From Euglena gracilis (taxonomy: Eukaryota), in assembly GCA_039621445.1 (NCBI GenBank), contig CP154954.1:42902632-42966631 (forward strand): 64,000 bases of DNA. Direction: 5' to 3'. The notes under the pieces are model-generated. The model did no database searches and was not told the DNA's origin. It saw nothing but the letters and a program-made list of their open reading frames with translations. This document shows, piece by piece, positions 12,989-26,000 of this stretch; positions within the stretch are counted from its first letter, which is position 1; every line of letters begins with the position of its first letter. The position numbers and the translations under genes were made by a program.

Positions 12989-15900
12989 TTTGCAACAGCA
13001 AAGGGTATTCTTGGGGCATGTTGAGAGCTGAAAAATATCAAACCCCTTGGGCTCCAAAGACGTTTCAGGAGGCCAAATCCTTTTGCTTCTCGACTGTAAA
13101 CCCTTTGTCAATAACAAAACCCCTCATGCCACCGATACGTTTTGGGGGGCCAATGGCTTTTGTTTCTCAACTTCTTGACGGCCCCAAAATAACAAAACCC
13201 CTTGTCACGCCGATGCGTTTTGGGGGGGCACTCCTTTTTGTTTCTCAATTGTCCAAGGGCTTTTTGACGGCCCCAAAACAACAACTCCCCTTGTGCCACT
13301 GATACGTTTTGGGGGGCCAATACCTTTTGTTTCTCAATTGTGCGAGGGCCCCAAAATAACAAAACCCCTTTTGCTACCGATGCGTTTTGGGGGGCCAATC
13401 CCAAAAACCCCTTGTGCCACCGTTTGGCCCCAACCCCCCATCAGGTCCGAATTATTCAGCCACGAAGAATTCCAAACTGGGTGGGAATTGCCCGCCCCCC
13501 CCCCTCTTCCGACTCTGCCATTTTGCCGGGGTCCAAAAATCAATTTTTCGAAAATATCTCGAGAAAACGTACATTCTTTTTTCCAGAAATGTCGGTCTGC
13601 CGAAATGCACAAGGCCCTCTATCACCCCCGTTCGCCGTTTTGGCTGCCGACACGCAACGTGCTTTTGCAGCCCAAAACGGCAATTTTGGGGAGTTTTTCA
13701 AAATCGATTTACCCAAAATATCTCGACAATGAAGCAAAATCAAAGGAAAAGTCCGGTGAGCAAAAATGAAGCCCTTGGAATGCCCTATCCAACCATGGTT
13801 TACTTTCCCCCCAACTCTTCGTGCAGCCCAAGTTACGGCCATTTTTCAGTGAGGACAACCGGAAAGGAGAAGTGTATGTTGACCAGTTTTTTCTTGCACG
13901 CCAGCATGAGGTTGGACGATTTTGGCGGGCTTGTTTCGGTTCGCAAAGAATGCCCTGTGATCATCTTCAAGGGCAGTGCCGAGGGACCCGTGGCACGTTC
14001 CGCTGCTGAATTGGCAGGTCCTTGTGCAGGTTTGTCACGCTGGAATTTTCAAAGAAACAAACGATCATTTCGCTCAGTGACGTTCACCACAGCCCTCCCC
14101 CAATCGAAGGTACCCCCCCCCCTAACTGACAGCACCCCCCCCCCTAATTGAACCCCCCCTTTTTGACCAAAAGGGTGGTCCCGTGGAGAGGTCCCACGGT
14201 CAATTGGGGGGGGGGGTATGATTGCCACATGTCTACAAACCGTTTTCAACACTTTTTGGCACTTTTATTTTGGGTCCCCAGACGCCGGGTTCACGCCCCA
14301 GCCGGCTTTCTGAACGCCGGTTCGGGCGGGAAATTTCCTGCCCGAACTGGCGTTCTGAATGCTGGTTCGGGCGTGAAGCCAGAGCCCGAATACACAGTTT
14401 AACATAAATTCTGGGATGGCAGAGCTTAAAATTGCTTGGGGGGCAAATGTGGTCGACTGGACCAGTTGGCGGTGACCACCAATGGCGAGGTCACACTGGT
14501 CACACGTGACCCGTCAAAACTGCCCCGCGACTGCCAGCCTCTGTCTTGAACATTGGGATGTGGGGTATTGGTTCATCATGTGGTGAGACGTTATCCTCCT
14601 ATTTTGTGGATTGAATACCACTACCCCCCCCAAATAACCCCCCTTTCGTCCTTTGGCCAGGACCCCAAAGGGCCACTTAGGGGGGAGGGGTCACTCAGGG
14701 GGGGGTCAGGAGACAAAATCTTGATGTCACCCCCACTATTTTTGGGTGGATTTTTGTGTGAAATTTGTGATCTACACCATTTTTTCTGTCAGGTCAAAAA
14801 AAATTGCAGAAAATTTTCAAAAAAATCAGGTGTTTTATGACCATTTTTACTTACAAAAAAAATTGTCCATGATCCAGCCGGACCTTCCGGCGAACCCCGC
14901 AGGGCCACTTAGGGGGGGGGGTCGTTCAGGGGGGGGTAATGTAATCTCCCCCACCGGACGATTTGAATAATTGGCGGCCACACCGGCGGCTGAGGAATCA
15001 CGGCTCAGCGATCTAAAAATTGGCGGTTGCATTTTCTGACCCTTTTGCAAATTCGAAATTCTACATTTCAGCTGCCATGTTGCCCATCGATCGAGCTTCA
15101 GTGCGTTCAGCAGTGGCCATAATTTCACCCATGTTGCATGGTATTCTGTTTCAGAAATTGCCCAAAATTGGCCAGATGAAAATTATTGCACAAAAAACCC
15201 CAATTCTACTACAAAAAAGGGGTGGCGGACGCCGGTTCTGTCCTGAACCCGGCGTCCGGGGACGCCGGGTTCAGGACAGAACCGGCGTCCGCCACCCCTT
15301 GTTTAAAGCGGCGTTTTAGAGACGCCGGGTTCAGGACAGAACCGGCGTTCACCCCCTTCGGGCCAGGGAGCACTTAGAAGTACGTTCACTAGCGTTCCCC
15401 TTTAGTCCCATGGGGGAACAGCCAAAACGTCCCAGAGCAAATTCTGAAAAAAAACTAGAGGATTCAAACATAAAATCTCTTAAACTCTAAAAAAGCCATG
15501 GGGGTTCCAGCCGTATTCCCCAACCGTATTTCTGACAGAAAAAAACCCAGCAGGTCCAGCCAAAATTTCCCAACCGTGATAATAAACCCAGCGAGGTCCA
15601 ACCATAGTTTCCCCTCCGTATGTCTGAAACAACCCAGGGGCTCCAGCCAACATTTACCAGCCGCAATTCTGAAAAACGCACGGGGGGTTCCAGCCAGCAT
15701 TTAACAACCGTATTTTTAAAAAACCCAGGGGGGTCCAGCCAACATTTCCTAACCGTAATTCTAAGAAAAAACCCAGGGGTGGGCAGTCAACATTAAACCG
15801 AATTTTTGAAATAACCCAGGGCGGGTCCAGACAAAATTTCCCTGCCGTATGTCTGAAAAAACCCAGGGGGGGGTCCACCCAAAAATCCCAACCGTACGTC

Positions 15901-16933
15901 TGAAAAAACCCAGTGGGTCCAGCCAAAATTTCTGTAATGTGTCTCCTTGCCGGCAATATGTTTTGCCCTGTAATCAGTGCAGCTGTAGCAGCTGCAGCTG
16001 TGTATGCCTAGCAATCCTCCCCCCCCCACCTCAGAAACTGCAAAACGCTTGCCGTCAGTCATCCATGATATTTTGCACTCAGCAATTGTGCCTTTTATCC
16101 CCTTTCATCCAAGGAGATTTTTGTTTTTGGGGTCACATTGGCACATTTTTTTACACAAAATACAGTCCCAAACCGGACGCCGGGTTTTGGACAGAACCGG
16201 CGTTCCTAACGCCGGGTTTTAGGACAGAACCGGCGTCCGGAAAACCCGTGGGGGGGGGGGACGCCGGTTCTGTCCTGAACCCGGCGTCTCAAACGCCGGT
16301 TTAATGTCAAATACCTCCCAAAAACTGCTCGGATATGATTACAGCATGTCCATAAACCCTTTTGGACACTTTTTGGCACTTTTTATTTTGGGTCCCCCAG
16401 ACGCCGGGTTCCCGCCCAAACCGGCATCTGGATCTGGGCATCATCATCATCATCATCATCACCCGGAGCCCCCAGACACGGTTTCAAAAGTATTTTTTGT
16501 CAACCTTGGCGACAACCATTCAGGTGTTCAACATATGTTGGCACGAGTCAAGATGTTCAGAGAGTCAGGATGTGCTGGGGGTCCTGGGGAGGTCGTGGGA
16601 GCCCTGCGTGGGGTTCTGGGTCTTGGGAGGGTCCTGGGGGTCTTGGGGGTCCTGGGGGGTCCTTGGGGGGTGTTAGAATATTTCATATTTGTTTGAAGAC
16701 CCCCAGATTATTTTGTATACCATGCCCTACTCTTCCCTCCTTAGGCGCCTTCTGAGCCCCATGGGAAGAATACGGGAGGGAATAGTACGGGGGGGGGGGG
16801 ACCCGGACCCCCCCCCCGTACTGTTCCCATGGGACCTCAAAGGAACACCCAGGGTCAACCCTTCGGTGGCAAGGCAAAAGAAGCGGACACAACTCTCTCT
16901 TGCGGCACCATCCTTGCGCTTGTTTGCTTGTTC

Positions 16934-17390
16934 TCAGGGACAAAAATAGCATTTACCTTTAGATTTCACAGACATGCACCTCAGGTGAAGGAAAATTGCA
17001 CACAATTGGCATTGCACACGATGGCCAGGCTCCAAAGGGTCATCACACTTCACACAAATGTCGGGCGCCTCGCCTTGGGAAGGATCATTTGGGGATTCTC
17101 CTCCAGCCGGTGTATCTTGGCCATCCATGTCCATTGCATCATCTTGGCGTTGCTCTTCTTCCCCAGCATTGAATAAGGCCAAATTTCAGAGTGTTGCCAA
17201 TACCTCGTCTATTTTGGATGGTGCAGGTGGCAGGGGAACGTCATCAGGTGCAGGCTGGTTGGGGTTAGTGGTGACTGGGACAAGGACATGCTTCGTCATG
17301 CCTTTCTCCAATACGTTTACGGGCAGTTGTTCCCAAGCATCTAACACCCACGAGACAACGTCACATCGAGAAGGGGCGACCCACAGTGGA
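16934..17390 (-). pseudogene. C-terminal remnant of a pogo/Tigger-like DDE transposase with a terminal PHD-like finger
   Basis: PSRCDVVSWVLDAWEQLP resembles the pogo DDE_1 C-terminal W..AW motif; followed by C-x2-C...C-x2-C-x4-H-x2-C...C-x2-C; in-frame stop at 17186-17188; TACCATG-type end at ~16718. Confidence 0.65.
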
Positions 17391-17984
17391 GGCGTGAGGA
17401 CGGACGGACGGACGGACGGACGGACGGACGGACGGCTAGAGAAAATTCCTTTCATCTGGACGGACGGCTGGACAGGGTGCATTTTGGTCTGGACGGACGG
17501 AGGTCTCAAAATCGCGATAGTGAACTTATTCCTAATTACTGTATCTTTTCTGCTTGTTTTTTTTCGATGTCATGGCTGAGACCCCTGGCGGGGTTCTAGT
17601 TACAAGCTGGGATTATCAAGTACAATTTGTCAAGTTTCAAGTTTAAGTACAACTTGTAAGTCGAAGTACAGGACCAAGGTGAAGTGGAGGACTATTTGCA
17701 AGGGTATGTTCCCTGGTGGACAATGCTGGTGCAAGAGTATGTATACATTCCCTGGTGGACAATGCCTCTAGCCTTATTGCTGGGGCTTATTTGGCCTTAT
17801 GCTGCTGACTGCTGCAGAACTGACTTTAAGTCGGTCTGTTTCTGTGAACTGTGTTTGGTTTCTTGCCTTTTCTTTTTGTTTCTGTTTACAAAATAGCCGC
17901 AGAATAAAGGAAACCGAGGAACTTTTTGTGCCAATGTGCCAAATGTGAAGGGATTTTGAAGATTCCGAAGATTTTGGCGATTTT

Positions 17985-18125
17985 TGGGCCAGATGGTAGC
18001 CAGTTTTTGGACCACATGTGTTGGCCAGTTTTGGGCCAGATGTGGTGGCCAGTTTTTGGACCACATGTGTTGGCCAGTTTTGGGCCAGATGTGGTGGCCA
18101 GTTTTGGGCCAGATGGTGCCAGATT
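17985..18125. repeat. Minisatellite of ~23-24 bp units (TTTTGGGCCAGATGTGGTGGCCAG-like)
   Basis: About six degenerate tandem copies. Confidence 0.85.
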
Positions 18126-19221
18126 TTGACCAGAAACGTTTTATCATGAGATGCTTGTTTTCTTCTGAAACTTGTTTTTTTTTGTTTCTTACAGTGTTTT
18201 TTTTGCTGTGGAACAAGTCCACTTTGCACACGAAAGCTAAAAAAAATTGGGGAGGTGCAGTTTCTGAGTATGGCAAATGGGTCAGTTTTGGAGGGTTTGT
18301 GGTGGCCATTTTTGGAACCGATGAGTGGCCAGGTTTTGGGCCAGTTTTATTGGCGATATTTTTTCAAGGAAGGGAACCAAGGGCCGCAAGTTTTTTTGGG
18401 GCCGGGTCGCCTTGTCCGGACGTATTTTCGGTCCGAACATCACCTGTGCGACCTTCGGCCCGGACGAACGTGGTCACCCTCCGGTGAAAACACTGACTTC
18501 TTATCCGGCCATCACTGCGTGCGGCGTGCGAACTGATTGGTCTGGATAGCCAGGCGGCTAGCGACAGTGGCTTTCATCTGGACGGACGGCTGGACAGCCG
18601 GTATGTTGGTCGGCTAGGTTGGTCTGCCAGCCGGCTAGGTTGGTCTGCCGGCCGGCTAGGTTGGTCCGGCCAAACGCCCCCAGTTTGTTCAAAGCGATTT
18701 GGTTTCCTCGCCAAGAAACATAAAAGTTTCTCATAGCCAGAAATACCCTCGCGATCGCCGGAATTTGGTGAAATGCAAAGTGGCGTGACATTGTAGATCA
18801 GTGGTGGGAGATTGGTCCTGGGAGTGTCCTTTGACCGAAGGGTGGGGACGCCGGTTCTGTCCTGAACCCGGCGTCTCTAAAACGCCGCTTTAAACAAGGG
18901 GTGGCGGACGCCGGTTCTGTCCAAAGCCCGGCGTTCCGGACGCCGGTTCCGTCCGAAGGACGGAACTAGGATTGTTTTTTTCGGAAAAATATAAAAAATA
19001 TTTTTCTTTCGGAAAAATTTCGGAAAAATATTTTTTGATGATGAAAAAGGTACCTCACGGTTGAGCGCACTCGGGAACTGCCCCCAAGGCCCTGCCCGTG
19101 CCCTCTTTTTGCCCCATAGGGCGCGGCGAGGAGTTAGTTCCGCCAAACAATTGTTCATCATTGGGTGTCAGATGACAAAAGGCCAATAAATGGATGGGAG
19201 TTAGGAACATCAAAGGCAAAC

Positions 19222-19400
19222 TCAAGCACTTAGTGCCATGTGATTGTAGCGGATGTACACCTCACGGGCAAGTTTGTCGAACTCAATGCGAGTCCGGCCA
19301 TCGGACTGAAAATCAGCGAAGCTGAACACACGTTTAACGGAAGCCTGTGCGGCCGCAATGGCTCCCAAAACGCGGCCAAGGGAAGAAATGGTGGGTGAAG
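19222..19400 (-). pseudogene. hAT transposase C-terminal dimerisation-domain remnant
   Basis: LGRVLGAIAAAQASVKRVFSFADFQSDGRTRIEFDKLAREVYIRYN resembles the hATC SxxxERxFS...R motif; lies among GACGCCGGTTC subterminal repeat clusters. Confidence 0.7.
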
Positions 19401-21919
19401 CATCCGTCTCAACTGGCTCAACAATGAAATGAATGAATGAAGGTGGATACTTTGTAAAAAAAAAAACACAAACTACGATTGAAACCGTGTATTGGGGCTC
19501 TGGCCTCACGCCCGAACCGGCGTCCAGAACGCCGGTTCGGGCGGGAAGCTAGAGCCCCTAATCCACGGTTTCAACAACTGTGTCCAGAACGCCGGTTCGG
19601 GCAGGAAGCTATGTTCCAGAACGCCGGTTCGGGCTGCCGCCCGAACCGGCGTTTTGGAACACGGCTTCACGCCCGAACCGGCGTTCTGGACACAGTTTTC
19701 GTATCAGAGTGTTGTCTGCAGGGTTTTTTCATGACCCGGGAGGAGGGGGGGGTCCGGACCCACCCACCCACCCCCCAGGGGGGGAGGGGCGGGGTGCTCG
19801 GGGGGACCCACGTTTGGGGGTCGATTTTGGGTCCAAAAAAAACTGGTCCCTAGGCATGGTGTAGGAGGTTAACATGTGGAATTGTCCCAAAACTGCCCCC
19901 CCCCCCAGGGGTGCCACAAGGGGGTGTCGGGGGGGGGGGTCGCCCCCCCGCGATTTTGGGTGAAAATTTTTTTCGAATCTGGTTGGAACTCTTTATGGCT
20001 CCCAGAATTGTTTTTAAATTGAAACCCCCAAAACTCTGTCAACTTTATTGCAAAGGTGTTTATTTCTGCCCATTTTCACACTTTTCTTTCAACGCAACCC
20101 GTTACCGTCTCGCTGCCGTTCGGGCCACAATGGGTTTTTGTTCACAAACTACCCCGAAGAAGCAGTTTTTGCACTGAAACTTGTGTCCTAGGCACAGGTT
20201 TCACGCCGTATCAAACGAGACAATTTTTCTTGGCCAATGATAATTCCTCCCTCCATTTTCAGCGCAAAATCAGACCCTGCATTTTGCAGATGTGCATTAG
20301 GTCCTACGCTTTTCCCAATGTGGCCCACTTGTGCAGTTCAGGACTCTTCAAGGGGGGTCTGGGGACTGGTCAGACTCGTCAAAAAACGACCAAATGGCCA
20401 ATTTTGGCCAAAAAAATGGGTAAAGTTGGCCTGATTTTTTTAAAAAAGTTTCGACGCTTTGCACCGAAATTTTTTCCCCTGTCCAGTTTAGTTCGCCTTA
20501 TTCTTCAAGGGGGGGGGGACCCAGCGTTAAAAACCTTAAATCCGTGACCTCCCCCCTCCGGACTCAGGACAAAGCCGGTGACCCCCTACGATGGACTCAG
20601 GGTTACCCCCCCCCCATATTGTCCCAACCACCTTCCCACTGGGACCCCAAATGGACAATATGGGGGGGGCAATATGGGGGTTCCAAAGGAAATTTCATTG
20701 GCCGAGCCAAAAAAAACCCGTCGGCCGGGCCGAGGGACAATATGGGGGGGGACAATATGGGGGGGGGGGGGTGGTACAAAGCCGGTGAGGGGGGGTCATG
20801 GTCATGGTTTTGGGCAAAAAAAAATTCGGTTTTTTCGAGTTTTTTGGCCCAGAACTGACCCAAAACGCAAGGGTTTCGGGCCCAAAACGGGGGGCCGGGG
20901 GTCGAAAAACGCTCTTTTTCGGCTCGAAAACACTTTTTCCGGGTCCGGGAGGCCAAAAAAACATGGTTTTGGGCAAAAAAAAAAATCGAGGTTTTTCCAG
21001 TTTTTTTGGCCCAGAACTGACCCAAATGCAAGTATACCGGGATCATTTGTCATCTGTTGTGAGTCAATGTGCATCATCAATGTTTAAGGAGTAAATTTTC
21101 ATCGGTCAAATGGTCAAGTGGTATATGACCCAGCTATGAATGCTGCCTTTCCGGAGCATAGCACATGGTCGTATTTGTGTCATGGTTCGGCATGCCGTGC
21201 CGAGGGGGTCGGCCGACCGGGGGGGGGGGGTACCCATTTTGCCGTGCCGAGGGGGGGGGGGCACGCCGAACGTCCATTATCTTGCCGCCCTTCGGGCGGC
21301 AGAATGGATGCAAGAAGTTGACTTTCCATGGAATGTTCGCCCCCCCCCCCGAGAAAAAAATGATCCGGCACCTATGCCCCCCCCAAACAACAAAACATTG
21401 TTCAATTGCCTACCAACATCACAACCATGCCACAAAACATCCCCAAGAGTTTGTCGAATGAGGGGCGTGCTTCACAGTATCAGGGTACAGGACAGACCAG
21501 AAACTACAATGCAACTCTCATCCCTGGAAAACAACAAATTTTATTCCGACTACTTTAGATTAGATAACCTGACTCTAGGTCTTGAAGCCTGGAATGTATC
21601 TTGGCACGTGACAGGGGAACATAATCAGAACGAAGTGCATGAACAAAATCCAAAGTCCATGGTTGATCCAAAGAATTGTCAACAAGGCGGGAGAATTTTC
21701 AGCCGTTTTGCAATGAAAGGAAAACTCTACTACAAAAAAAAGGGGTGGCGGACGCCGGTTCTGTCCAAAACGCGGCGTCCGGAACGCCAGGTTTTGGACA
21801 GAACCGGCGTCCGCCACCCCTTTTTTGTAGTAAAACCGGCGTTTGAGACGCCTGCAAAATCACCAGGTTTGATGAAATTTCATGACCCCCTCCCATGACC
21901 AAAAACCCCAACAATCCTG

Positions 21920-23090
21920 GAACGGACAAATTCTTCAGACCGTTGACCGAGCCAGCACAACACTGCAAGGGATACAACTACATTTTGCAGAGGCGCGCGA
22001 GATCATTTTGGTTGTCAGGTCATCATTGCATGATTTGATTGATGCAAAACGCATTGACGTATTTTGGGAGGCAGTGGAAGTTGCGTCGTGCAAAAGTGGA
22101 GTTGACGACCCAGTTCTCCCAAATACAAAGAAAGTTCAAGGTGGGGCGACTACTATGAAAGAGCATTTCCAAGCAAAGTATGTCTCCTACATTCAATCAA
22201 TTGTTAAGAATTTGTCGGAACGGTTTGTCGACTCAGAAGTTGCACACAGGCTGTTTCTTTTTTGTTTTGTTTCTTCACTTCAAAATGGTTGTTTTTTGGC
22301 GTGATTGTTTTGTTGGCGTGTTTGCTTTTTTGGCATGGTTATTTGGGAAGGCAATAAACGTAAGCAGCATGGCGGCAAACCACATTTTGGCCATTGAAAA
22401 CTTCTTGGTTCATGGTGACACAGGGTTGATCAATTAACTGACTGTTTTGGGTCAACCGATTAAATTAACTGCCCCCCTCGGTTAACCGATTAACCGATCT
22501 CCTGCAAGAGAAAGAAACTCAAACAGCATTTGAACAAAATTCCTCCAAATTTTTTTCTAGCGAGAAGAAAAGGTATGTCACCTGTCCAGATATTCAAAGC
22601 CTTTAACCGATTGGTTAACTGACCTCCCCCTCGACTAGTCGATTAACTGGGGGGGGTCGTAGTCGATTAACCGAACTTTGGTTAACCATACAACCCTGGG
22701 TGACAAGGAGAACTTCACGAAGCTGCTGGCATTCTATGGGGACGATTTGGAGCAACCCACTTCCTTGGAATTCGAGCAACAGATGCTTCACCCAAGGCCT
22801 CACTTCAAAATGAGATCAAGGGGGGTGTCGGGAAGGTGTATTCCTCGAGGATTTTGTTGTCCAAGTCTACCAGTCCGGTCACAGGTTCTGTTTCCTGCGC
22901 ACCCCTGTAACTTACCTGGACAAGGGAGGGGGGTCCAACTGAACTGGACTACCTGGATGTATGTGGGGATGCAAAACATAAGGATTGCCTTGTTGGCAAC
23001 ATATTTGCAAGGACAAGAAGATGCAGCTTCGAAACTTTGCAGACATTGTGGACTTCCTCCGCAGTGCCCCTGGAGCCAGAGCCTTTTTTA
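21920..23090 (+). pseudogene. Truncated hAT-superfamily (ZMYM1-like) transposase split by nonconventional introns
   Basis: QILQTVDRASTTLQG...DVFWEAV...YIQSIVKNLSERF, LLAFYGDDL and DIVDFLR segments join in frame across 22244-22376, the 22421-22698 insertion and 22790-22997; no terminal ERSFS motif found. Confidence 0.7.
22421..22698. mobile_element. CAG...CTG MITE with 7-bp TSD inserted in the transposase frame
   Basis: TIR CAGGGTTG / CAACCCTG; TSD GGTGACA at 22414-22420 and 22699-22705; internal TTAACCGA repeats. Confidence 0.85.
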
Positions 23091-26000
23091 TGACTCCAAC
23101 TTCTTGTGGTGACACCTTCCATTTTTGCCTTGCGGTAAACAGCGGATTTTCACCCTCTCCCCTCTTCAAATTGACCATGTCACTGAGGTTCCAAATAGCA
23201 CCCAATTTAACTTTTTTTTTGCCTGTACACTTTGTGCTCTAACACATGACCCAAACAATGTTCTGGATGGCAATCCGCGCCATATTACCATTGGTGGTTG
23301 CGATGGTGAGGTTGTGTCTGACCATTCCGATCTCTTCCGCAACCGCCGAGCGTTCATTCTCCACCCTGCGGCGTTTGAAAACTTACCTTCGCTCCCAAGT
23401 TGGACAAGCACGCCTTGGATAGCATGGAAAAGTGGTTGACAAAATTTCCTTCAAAGATGCAATCCGCCCCAATTTTTTTTTGAGGATAAGGAAGATTTGT
23501 ATAGACACCTTACTTGATGAATTCATCTTGAAAAACACAGCACGCTCTTCGACCTTTGCACTGTCCCACTGGTTGCGTCCCAGCTTGCCTCCCATCAGTT
23601 GCTCGTGGCAATCCATGCCCTTTAGTGGAGGAGAATAGTTTGACAGTTAGAATTTTTTTTTACCGTGGCTGGAAAAATTTTTCAGAAGTCTCGCCCCCCC
23701 CCCCTGAGAAAAATTTGTTTCTACACCAATGCCCGTGATCCAAGTTGAGAGTAATGATGAGGCAGCCACCAATACCGATGCTTGCAAGGACAATGGCTTT
23801 GGGATTACGCCCAAGGGATAGACGATAAGGCACACTCCAGGGCTGGATAGAGGTAGAGGTAGAGGTCAAAGTCCTCTACCTCTATCTGACCCACCTCAAC
23901 CTCTACCTCTACCTCTATGTCACCTCTATGTCCATAAAATGTCATAAACTGGCACCAATGAGGGCCACAAAACGCTCCAAATGCCTCAAATTTGGCAAAT
24001 TAGCATCTCAACCCATCATATTTAGGTTAGGAATGAGAAAAAATATCTGGATGGGTGGTTTCAAAAATTGCCATAAGAGATTTGTGACAAGAATGGCCAA
24101 TTTCGGATTTTTTCCCATAAAATTGCCTTCGTTCGGCATAAATTTTCTTTGATAAGCCACTTTCCTTTTAAGTTTGACATTGAGGTGACATGTAGAGGTG
24201 GAGGTGACCTCTACCTCTACCTCAACCTCTACCTCTGCCTCTATCCCTCTACCTCTATCCAGCCCTGCACACTCAGACACATCCCCTTCCTCAAAGAACA
24301 ATCTGACTCCCGGCAAAAGGTCCCAGACGAGGCATGGGCGTAAAGAGACGTTTTCAATGCCGATGACAAAGGGACAAAAAAATAAAGAGCCCAAAGACCT
24401 GGACCGGCAGGCCATGCGGTGAAGAGCCCGCATGAATTGAAGAAAGCATGGTTTTGGCCAGGGTCGGTCGGCATGGGTATTTCCTACTCAGTTTTTTTTT
24501 TTGCATTGTAGCGCCGTAGGCAACTGTTCGGCGGCCCTAAAATAATTCAAAAAAAACAAAAGTGTGCAACTCATTTTGTGTATGTTGTGCTAATTTTGTA
24601 TGTCGCGCACTTTTTGACAACTACCGACCCACGACCGAGGGCAACCAAGGGTGACCGAGGCGACTGTGGGACGACCATGGTCGACCCCCACAACCCCCCC
24701 CCCCAGGCCAAAGTTACCCCGCCCCCCGGTCCCCCCAAAGCCCCCACGATGCTTGGCCACAAGGCGATTTTCGGTTTAGAGCCTAAGGGTGTGGATGCCC
24801 ATTTTTTACCATACCATTTTACCATGTTGCAGTCTATTTCTTCGTACAATGGCCAAGAAGGCAGCACACACTATGGACAGAATGTTGCCCCATCCCCCAA
24901 AAGTTGCTGAATTTTTAGCCACACTAAAACAGGGATGGACTAAAAACTTGAACCCTGTTCAGGATCCCTTGCATGGTAGCCTGGCAGAGGCAACCAAAAA
25001 GAAAGCATCCGGAACGGAAGGAACGGGGCAAGCCGCATATGCACACCTTCTCAGGTTTGAGGATGTGTGCATTGCGCTTCTATGACGAATTGCATCCTTT
25101 CCTTTGTGCATGAGGTGCTTGGGTGATTGATCCCCCACTGTTGTTTGATGGGCAAGCGGTCATGTCCCCCCTCGCTCCCCTTGCCGTGATATGAATGGTG
25201 GGTGAAAAAAAAAGCCCCAAAATGGTGGAACTCTCAGTTCGCTACTGCAAGGCAAGCAAAGCCGAGCAAGACCCTGCCACCGATGGAACAAGTGAGGTTT
25301 CAAAGTCAGTGCCCACATGCAATGGCTTGGGCATCGGCAGTAACCCTTACCAGCCGTGTCATCGCGCAGCAGCTGAACCACAGACGGCAGGCCTCACCAT
25401 GCAGCAGGTTGAGCATTGGGCATGAGGAGGGGCGGGGGGCTGCGCGATCATCGGTCTCCCACCGGCAGAGGGCGAGAGGGTGGGGACGGTGGGCTGGTGT
25501 GAGGCGGGGGGTGAGAAAGATAGTGACGGTTTTTGGCCAGCGAAAAGCGCGTGCTTTTTCGCACTTGGAATTAGAATGTTGGGAAATCTTTGGATTTCTC
25601 CAGCACTCAAAAAAAAAAGCCCTCAATGAGCCAAAGACCTCAACTTCACGATTCAAGCTGACTTGAAGAAAAATAGAAGGGTTTTTCTTCCACTTCAAGG
25701 ATGTTTTGCAACGGAGTTTTTTTTTGGGTGCCTGTTGATATGCTTGGATCACTTGGGTGCCGCTCTCTCTTCACAATGGCGGTTCACGGCAGCATTTCCT
25801 TTTCCAAGACTTTTTCTTCATTCTTAGGTCCCCATTCGAATGATTTGTGAGATGATTCGGAAAAATTTGTTGTCATAAAAAAAGAGACTTCAAATGATTC
25901 AATCCCAAAACATATTTCCCATTAAATATCAACACTGCTAATAAAAAATAACAATACACCTGTGAAATAAAATAACAATAAAGCATAGGAGTGGTACACA

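Noticed and set aside
17985-18125. CRISPR-like regular repeats (also 26935-27055 and 49705-49830)
   Set aside because: No unique spacers, no cas genes, eukaryotic context; these are minisatellites or subterminal arrays.
23150-23620. Possible BED-finger/transposase N-terminal fragment on the minus strand
   Set aside because: Frameshifted with only a vague motif; cannot be supported by eye.
25320-25500. GC-rich island with a GTAAGG donor-like site on the minus strand
   Set aside because: Could be a 5' exon of the minus-strand gene, but frame and partner junction could not be established.
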